Assembly: GCA_965197905.1 (NCBI GenBank)
Contig: CBDAOB010000004.1
Location: 1,632,001-1,696,000, forward strand
Direction: 5' to 3'
Origin: Candidatus Latescibacterota bacterium
GTDB taxonomy: Bacteria > Latescibacterota > UBA2968 > UBA8231
DNA length: 64,000 nt
The first letter of the stretch is position 1. The number at the start of each line of letters is the position of its first letter. The position numbers were made by a program, and so were the translations under genes. Under the pieces are notes generated by a model. The model ran no database searches. It was given only the letters and a program-made list of their open reading frames with translations, and was not told where the DNA came from. Below, piece by piece: positions 58,532 through 64,000 of the stretch.

Positions 58532-59085
58532 TTGCTGTCGGTGGCCGGCGCACCAAACGGAACGATATTCACTGCGTGAAAGAAGTCGGTAACCTCGGCG
58601 AAAAGGGCTGTAAACATCTGACCTCCAACGAGGGTAAGGTCTTCGAACTGATCAGCGGCACCGAAGCGGTCGGCAAACGCTTGACCGACCTGACTGTCCA
58701 GACCGTGGGCGGCGTCTTGCAACGAAGTAGCCGCCTTAGAGTAGTAGCTCACGCGCTCGTGCAGGTCGTCCAGAACCCCGGCATCGGATTGCTCGGCAAT
58801 ATGCTCCCAATGCCTATAGTAGTGGTCGAGGATCTCACTCTTCTCCGGGCATTCTCCCAGCGCCATGGCCACGGCGAAATCAACGGCGAACGCTTTCAAG
58901 TACAGGAGCTCGGACCGCAGTTGTCCCGGTTCCAGGCGGAGATGGTCTGCAAGGGTTGCCAAGGCGCTGTCCTCCCGATCCGCCGGATGACACACGGCGT
59001 CTATGAGCACGGCTGCGATCTCGACGGGGGAAGCTTCTTTGCGCGAGGCGACGATGAGACCTCCAGTACCTATGAATGAGCGCAC
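58528..59085 (-). CDS. Hypothetical protein
   Basis: Helical ORF directly downstream of the 59090 gene; start uncertain. Confidence 0.7.
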   Translation of the reverse strand: MRSFIGTGGLIVASRKEASPVEIAAVLIDAVCHPADREDSALATLADHLRLEPGQLRSELLYLKAFAVDFAVAMALGECPEKSEILDHYYRHWEHIAEQSDAGVLDDLHERVSYYSKAATSLQDAAHGLDSQVGQAFADRFGAADQFEDLTLVGGQMFTALFAEVTDFFHAVNIVPFGAPATDSN

Positions 59086-59089
59086 TACC

Positions 59090-59764
59090 TCAAAGGATCA
59101 GCCCGTGGCCGAAATCAGCGACGATTTCTCCGGCCTCCTGTTTGACCAAGCCGCTGGGCAGAACGTGGCTGTTGAGATAGTAAATGCGTTCCCAGGTCAT
59201 GGCCGTGTGCACCAGGAATTTTACCCGCCCGCCCCCCTCTTCCTGGGAAACTAACGGACCGTACCACTCCGGCCGTGACAGGCTGTCCACCTTAGTGGCT
59301 TGTTCCACCGTCTGGTCGAACCCTGCAGCGGAAAAAACGGGGGTCGATGCGATCCAATCGGAAACTTGCCAACTGGCTCGAGTGGATTGCAACTCGGTCA
59401 CGAAGAACGCATACTGGAAGAGGCCCTCCGGGCTCGACTCGAACAAGAGATATTGATAAAGCTGCTCGATTGCTTGGGCTTGCTGCTCCTGTTCGTCATC
59501 GAACCAGCTCACCAAAGGTGTGTCGTCGCCGTCGCGGGTGCGCGCGTAGGGTTGAATGCCGGTGGCCATCTCTCCAATGTTGGACTGGATGTAGTCCAGC
59601 ATGTACCCATCACGTATCCCCACCAACGGAAAAAGTCCGAGAAGATGATTTACGTCCTCGGGTTTCTCAAACTGCGTACATGTCTCGCGAAACTCCAGCA
59701 CCTGTTTCAGCAGGTCCACGGCGCCATCGCTGGGAACCCGCTCGTACCCTTCGATCGGGTTCAT
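59090..59764 (-). CDS. Hypothetical acidic protein
   Basis: GGAGGG RBS; 224 aa. Confidence 0.75.
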   Translation of the reverse strand: MNPIEGYERVPSDGAVDLLKQVLEFRETCTQFEKPEDVNHLLGLFPLVGIRDGYMLDYIQSNIGEMATGIQPYARTRDGDDTPLVSWFDDEQEQQAQAIEQLYQYLLFESSPEGLFQYAFFVTELQSTRASWQVSDWIASTPVFSAAGFDQTVEQATKVDSLSRPEWYGPLVSQEEGGGRVKFLVHTAMTWERIYYLNSHVLPSGLVKQEAGEIVADFGHGLIL

Positions 59765-60005
59765 TCTGGCCCTCCAGACATCTGCCCAAGTTATTAGATA
59801 TATAAGAGATACACAAGCTCAAAGAGGTCGGCCTGCCCCTGCTTCGGTAGCGGGGTACGGCCGTTTCCTAGTCCTGTCGCCACGCCCCGCAGGCTTTGAT
59901 CGTACGGCCGCGGGGTGTTGTTTTTAATGTGGAGTTGGTGTCGGAATTGGAGCGTCCACCGATCGGGCCCGTTTGGCGGGAGCGGCGGTGAGCGCTCGCC
60001 GCTGG

Positions 60006-61172
60006 CTATCCAAGGGATGCGACGGTGTGCGGGGAGAGCCGGGCGTTATTGAACGCTTGAACCATCATGGCGCTTCCGGTATTTGCGAGGATTTCGGAGC
60101 GGGTGAATCGGGTCGATTCGTGGGCCATGTCGGCGTCGCGAATGCTGGAGTCGGACGATTGCAGGTTTTCGATCTCGTGTTCACTGTAAGACAGCGTAAA
60201 CCCAAGCCGATTCTGCAATGCCCCGAGTCTGCCGCGTTCGTCGCTGATCCGTCCAATGGCCTGGTCCACGAGCACAATGGTAGTACGCGCCGCCGATTGG
60301 CTGGTTATCGCCGCTTTCCCCAGGTTGAGGGTCGTGCTCGAGGCGCGCAGGTCCGGCAGGTCGAGAACCAAACGGTCAAAATCCTCGTTGTCAGGACCCA
60401 CCTGAAAGCTGCCGCCCACCCCTGCTTCGACCGCCAACGTGGTTCCATCGAGGGCGCCCGCCCGGTACTGACCCTCGCCGCCCGCAGACCCTCCGCTGAG
60501 GGTGATCTGCAGGCCGAGCCGGTCGAAGTTCACTCGCACCTTGACGCCCTCGGGAATGATACCCGCGTCCAGAATCGTCCCCAGATTGATCTGCTGGGAG
60601 TTTTCGCCGTCGCTCAGGTTTACGAAGGCATCTCCCGGCGAGTCGGTAAAGACATACGTTCCCGGCTCTGCACCGGAGACATTGTGACTTACAATGCCGG
60701 TTGCGGAGGCATTGATGAGCGCCGTCGATTCGTCGACGACCGCTTCGCCCTCGCCGGCCAGGAGAATGCGGCCGTTGTAGGTGGTTGCCTGTGCCAAGCG
60801 ATCGATATCGGAGCGTAGCTGATTGAACTCGGAATTCGCCACCTCGCGTTGGTCTGGGGTGAGAGTGCTGTCCGAGGCCATTACCGCTAGCTCTCGCATG
60901 TGCAAGAGCGCGCGGTTGGTGGCGTTCAACGAACCTTCGGCGACTTGCAGAAGGTTGGCCGCCTGCTCGACGTTGCTGATGTTCTGGTCGAGCCCGGCAA
61001 GGTCGGCGCGCAAGCCTTCCGATATAGCGACGCCGGACGCATCGTTGGATGCCCTTTTGACGCGAATACCCGACGACAAGGTTTCGACCTGGCGAATCGC
61101 CCGCGAACTCTGTCCAGATATGGCGTGTTGTACCGTGAGTGCCATGAGGTTGTTATTGGTGCGTAGAGTCAT
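60006..61172 (-). CDS. Flagellin (FliC/hag family)
   Basis: LSSGIRVKRASNDASGVAISE, LQVAEGSL, MRELAV, TTYNG, FQVG, LGALQNRL, SSIRDADMA. Confidence 0.95.
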   Translation of the reverse strand: MTLRTNNNLMALTVQHAISGQSSRAIRQVETLSSGIRVKRASNDASGVAISEGLRADLAGLDQNISNVEQAANLLQVAEGSLNATNRALLHMRELAVMASDSTLTPDQREVANSEFNQLRSDIDRLAQATTYNGRILLAGEGEAVVDESTALINASATGIVSHNVSGAEPGTYVFTDSPGDAFVNLSDGENSQQINLGTILDAGIIPEGVKVRVNFDRLGLQITLSGGSAGGEGQYRAGALDGTTLAVEAGVGGSFQVGPDNEDFDRLVLDLPDLRASSTTLNLGKAAITSQSAARTTIVLVDQAIGRISDERGRLGALQNRLGFTLSYSEHEIENLQSSDSSIRDADMAHESTRFTRSEILANTGSAMMVQAFNNARLSPHTVASLG

Positions 61173-61290
61173 CGTCTATTCCCCGCGTAACACGTAGTAT
61201 CAGATGAGACTTACTGATTGTTTGCAGACCGTTCGGCGCGGCGAATTCAAGGCTGCTGAGTGGTCTTCGGATCAACGTCTTCTTTCCCGT

Positions 61291-61317
61291 CTATCGGGCT
61301 CCGGGGGGAATGCTTTA
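61291..61317 (-). promoter_or_regulatory. sigma28 (FliA) promoter of the flagellin gene
   Basis: Minus strand TAAA-N15-CCCGATAG. Confidence 0.8.
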
Positions 61318-61411
61318 GTTTTTTCACCCACACTCGATTCTAGCGTGAGCGATAGGTGGCGCGGAGTCGGATAAGCCGATTTTTGATGGGCGGCAGGCGC
61401 CTAGAAGATTC

Positions 61412-62011
61412 TTAAACGGCCGCGCCAGGCGGAGTGAATTCTTTGATCTCGGTAGCCTCGTAGCGAAACAGCTCCACGGCGGGGTCGGTCCAGCGATCCG
61501 GAGAGGCGCCCTGCTTCAAACAGAGTTGGGTCAGGAAGTCCCGTGGATCCTCGTACTGTTGCCAAACGCGCGGCAGGAAGGTGGATCGTTGCCCAGAAAC
61601 CATCAGGATGACCCCGTCCCGATGGGGGACCAGTGCGGTTGCCCGCTCCACCCCTTCTTCTACTATGGCTTGGGGTTGGCCAATAATGGAGACGGAGACG
61701 CAAAGGGAGGGCAGTTCCTCCATCGTGACCGGAGCGAAGCGCGGGTCTTCGAGCGCTGCTTTGACCGCGCAGATACGAATGCCGCGATGCAACGGAAACC
61801 GCTTATCCAGTTCCCCAATGCAACCTCGTAGTCGGCCTTTTTTTTCTAGAGTTACAAACACCCCTCGGTAGAGCTGCAGCAAGGTGCGGCAGTGCCAGCC
61901 CGGGTCGAGCGCCGGTTCCGGTTCGCCTTTGAGTCTGGACTCAATCGCAGCGCGCGCGAGCCTCAGGACTTCGCGGCTCATGGGGGCGGTAATTGGTGGA
62001 TCGGCAGTCAT
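61412..62011 (-). CDS. amrA: AMMECR1-domain protein (AmmeMemoRadiSam system protein A)
   Basis: GVFVTL...LRGCIG, AALEDPRF, DGVIL, STFLPRVW, FLTQLCLKQG. Confidence 0.92.
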   Translation of the reverse strand: MTADPPITAPMSREVLRLARAAIESRLKGEPEPALDPGWHCRTLLQLYRGVFVTLEKKGRLRGCIGELDKRFPLHRGIRICAVKAALEDPRFAPVTMEELPSLCVSVSIIGQPQAIVEEGVERATALVPHRDGVILMVSGQRSTFLPRVWQQYEDPRDFLTQLCLKQGASPDRWTDPAVELFRYEATEIKEFTPPGAAV

Positions 62012-62218
62012 TTGCTGCTGCACCTACGCGGGACGTGCCCCCCTGAACCAATCAGGGTCAGGCTCGGGTTTTCGGTAGTGAATACCATATGCTGTTGTTT
62101 TCCGCCCTGATGAATATTATATTGTTGTTCGGACCTAGTAGAACCACGTACATTTCCACCCGTTTCGTCGAGTGGTTCGCCACCGGACGACGCCCGGGTA
62201 TACCCTTGGGGAGTTATT

Positions 62219-63370
62219 ATGCCGTTAGGAAAAACACTCAAAGCGCTGCGCCAAAAACAAGGCCTCAATCAGAAGGGATTGTCCGGTTTGTCGGGTGTAT
62301 CTCAGGCGACGATCTCACGCATCGAAACCGGAAGAGTGCGACAGCTGCGCTCAAGCGCACTCAAGAACCTTGCCGACGCCCTCAGCGTCTCCGTCGATTT
62401 TCTCATGGGCGACAACGAGGTCTTTGCCCCGATACCTCAAGCCGGCGCCCACTCGCTGCTCGTCGGTAAAGAGGACCGTTTTCCACAGATTGCTGACTTC
62501 CTGGAACCGTTTGCGGTGCATGAGAACGGTCGTTTTCTCTACGTCAATCGATCGTTCGCCGAGCTCGTCGGGTACGACCGCGAGGAACTCCTCAGCAACG
62601 GCAACATCGAACGCATCGTGGCCCCGGAGTCCCGCACCCTGGTGCAACGGCTTTTTGCCAGCGGCATGGAAGATACCCGCGAAATTCTCCTCGTGCGCAG
62701 TGACCAGACCCTTTTTCCGGTTGAGTTAGCATCGCGAAACATGGCGGGCAACATTCAGTTGGCCATCGTCCGCAACATCTCGCAACGTCGCTGTCAGCAG
62801 GCTTCCGCGCGACTGCAGCAGGCGGGTCTGTCCATCGACGCCTTCGCCGACCTCGGCAAGGTGGTGCGCATGATGGCGGATGAACTCCAAGACACAGGCA
62901 TTCCGTTCGAGGTCGCGGAACTGCACATGATTGACGAGGAAACCCAGATCCTGACCAGCTGGACGGCTTACCCCGAATCAAAGGGGTATCAACTGTTTAC
63001 CGCATCCGAAGACCTCCCTGGTCTGCTCGGCGACTTGCCGCCTGTTCGCGGTCTGCTCAACCACTGGCGCCGGAGCAAGGTTTGGGAGCGGGAGGCAGAC
63101 GAGGCGTTTCAGCGCTCCCTCCTGCGGCGCGCGCCTAGCGGGCCGCCCTGCAGTCTAGGTACCGTGATCGATGTGCCCACGAGTCGAGGCAGCGTCTCGG
63201 TTGGCCTTGCGGCTGGAAAACCGGTGCGTAGCGCAGAGGTCGTCGATTGCTTGCATCAGCTGGCGGGGCCAATCGATTCGATCGTTGGCAAGCTGCGGCA
63301 GGTTGAAACGGTACGCCAGCAGCTACAGTCGCTTGAGGCGACTCCGACACAGAAGTTGCGCACGGCATAA
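62219..63370 (+). CDS. XRE-family HTH regulator with PAS and GAF-like domains
   Basis: LRQKQGLNQ..VSQATISRIETG, LSVSVDFL; YVNRSFAELVGYDREEL, FPVEL. Confidence 0.9.
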   Translation: MPLGKTLKALRQKQGLNQKGLSGLSGVSQATISRIETGRVRQLRSSALKNLADALSVSVDFLMGDNEVFAPIPQAGAHSLLVGKEDRFPQIADFLEPFAVHENGRFLYVNRSFAELVGYDREELLSNGNIERIVAPESRTLVQRLFASGMEDTREILLVRSDQTLFPVELASRNMAGNIQLAIVRNISQRRCQQASARLQQAGLSIDAFADLGKVVRMMADELQDTGIPFEVAELHMIDEETQILTSWTAYPESKGYQLFTASEDLPGLLGDLPPVRGLLNHWRRSKVWEREADEAFQRSLLRRAPSGPPCSLGTVIDVPTSRGSVSVGLAAGKPVRSAEVVDCLHQLAGPIDSIVGKLRQVETVRQQLQSLEATPTQKLRTA

Positions 63371-63494
63371 AAAGGCTAACCGGAATCTTCGTTTATTGTT
63401 ATTTTTAATTGAGTTGTAGAAACGATAGGGGCAGCCAGCGGTGCTGCCACCCCACCTCCCTTTCGCCCCTTGACATCCACAGGAGTTCGACCAC

Positions 63495-63773
63495 GTGGCA
63501 CTGGGTCTCTATCGTTGCGCCTGCGGCAAGAAGTACAAGATCTACATGCCCAAACACAAGCTATTTGGCGAGATCGTCAGTCGCGCCGTCGACTGGTTTG
63601 CCGTGGACGCTAGAGAGGAAGCAGAAGGTGAAGTGGAAGACGTGAAACGGTTAGCCCACATGAGTCGCTGCACCTACGTGGATGGCGGCAGCACAGAGCG
63701 GCTCACCTGTACCGAGTGCGCCCAGGAGATTGACTTGAAAACCCATTTTCGCTCGCATCTGGTCAAGATCTAA
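63495..63773 (+). CDS. Small hypothetical protein, probable Zn ribbon
   Basis: AGGAG RBS; YRCACG...CTEC. Confidence 0.7.
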   Translation: MALGLYRCACGKKYKIYMPKHKLFGEIVSRAVDWFAVDAREEAEGEVEDVKRLAHMSRCTYVDGGSTERLTCTECAQEIDLKTHFRSHLVKI

Positions 63774-63815
63774 GCCGCCTAGCGTTCGCCCCTCCCGTTG
63801 CCCCGCAGGCGACCC

Positions 63816-64000
63816 CTACACCGAGTCGCTGTCCGACACGCTGTCGAGCTTGTTGAGCCCGTTCAACGCGGCAATGCGAAACCCTTCCGAAAATGTGGGA
63901 TAGTTAAAAATGGCGTCGATGAAGTAGTCGACCCGAACTCTGAAATCGATCGCCATCTGGCCGATCGGAATCAGCTCTGTGGCGTTGGTGCCGATGATGT
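63816..64000 (-). CDS. sthA: 3' end of soluble pyridine nucleotide transhydrogenase (partial)
   Basis: Hand translation IIGTNATELIPIGQ..DYFIDAIFNYPTFSEGFRIAALNGLNKL*. Confidence 0.85.
   Translation of the reverse strand, partial: IIGTNATELIPIGQMAIDFRVRVDYFIDAIFNYPTFSEGFRIAALNGLNKLDSVSDSDSV

Noticed and set aside
1..64000. CRISPR array, rRNA, tRNA, known riboswitch
   Set aside because: No regularly spaced repeat-spacer units, cloverleaf or recognisable rRNA/riboswitch motifs seen by eye; a covariance search was not possible.

Overview
GC-rich bacterial chromosomal window. The C-terminal 'TAVEATSWAKIK' tail and the GAF/PAS regulator style suggest Candidatus Latescibacterota or a relative (inference, not verified). 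Three zones are visible. (1) About 0.5-14.2 kb is a degraded patchwork. It holds an FGGY kinase, a REC-AraC regulator, half an aldehyde dehydrogenase, OmpA/YfiR, MgtE and IS4 fragments, a frameshifted TonB-dependent receptor and a PilX-like gene. It also holds an AT-rich IS1595 cargo island (HIRAN protein, DUF2335-HNH chimera) that appears to separate the PilX-like gene from a sigma54 promoter. (2) About 15.4-34.1 kb is an unusually dense DNA-repair neighbourhood: fpg/nei, DUF2461, polA, EVE, PA0069-type radical SAM, sfsA, polB, nfo and uvrC. These are interleaved with many small unknown ORFs, a five-box DnaA array and an isolated DinB-tail-like peptide (clamp motif plus RecA-NT-like motif). 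(3) About 34.6-64 kb holds metabolic, transport and signalling genes. These include an amidohydrolase operon, an ABC-2 exporter, a GT-C/TPR protein, a porin-cupredoxin-hybrid kinase operon facing a sigma54-driven CxxCH protein, a MazEF-like pair, a two-GAF kinase with a NarL regulator, an orphan sigma28-driven flagellin, AmrA, an XRE-PAS regulator and the 3' end of sthA. Many genes carry single-base frameshifts or short internal deletions, which may be read/assembly errors rather than biology. No rRNA, tRNA or CRISPR array was recognised. All calls come from motif recognition by eye; no searches were run.
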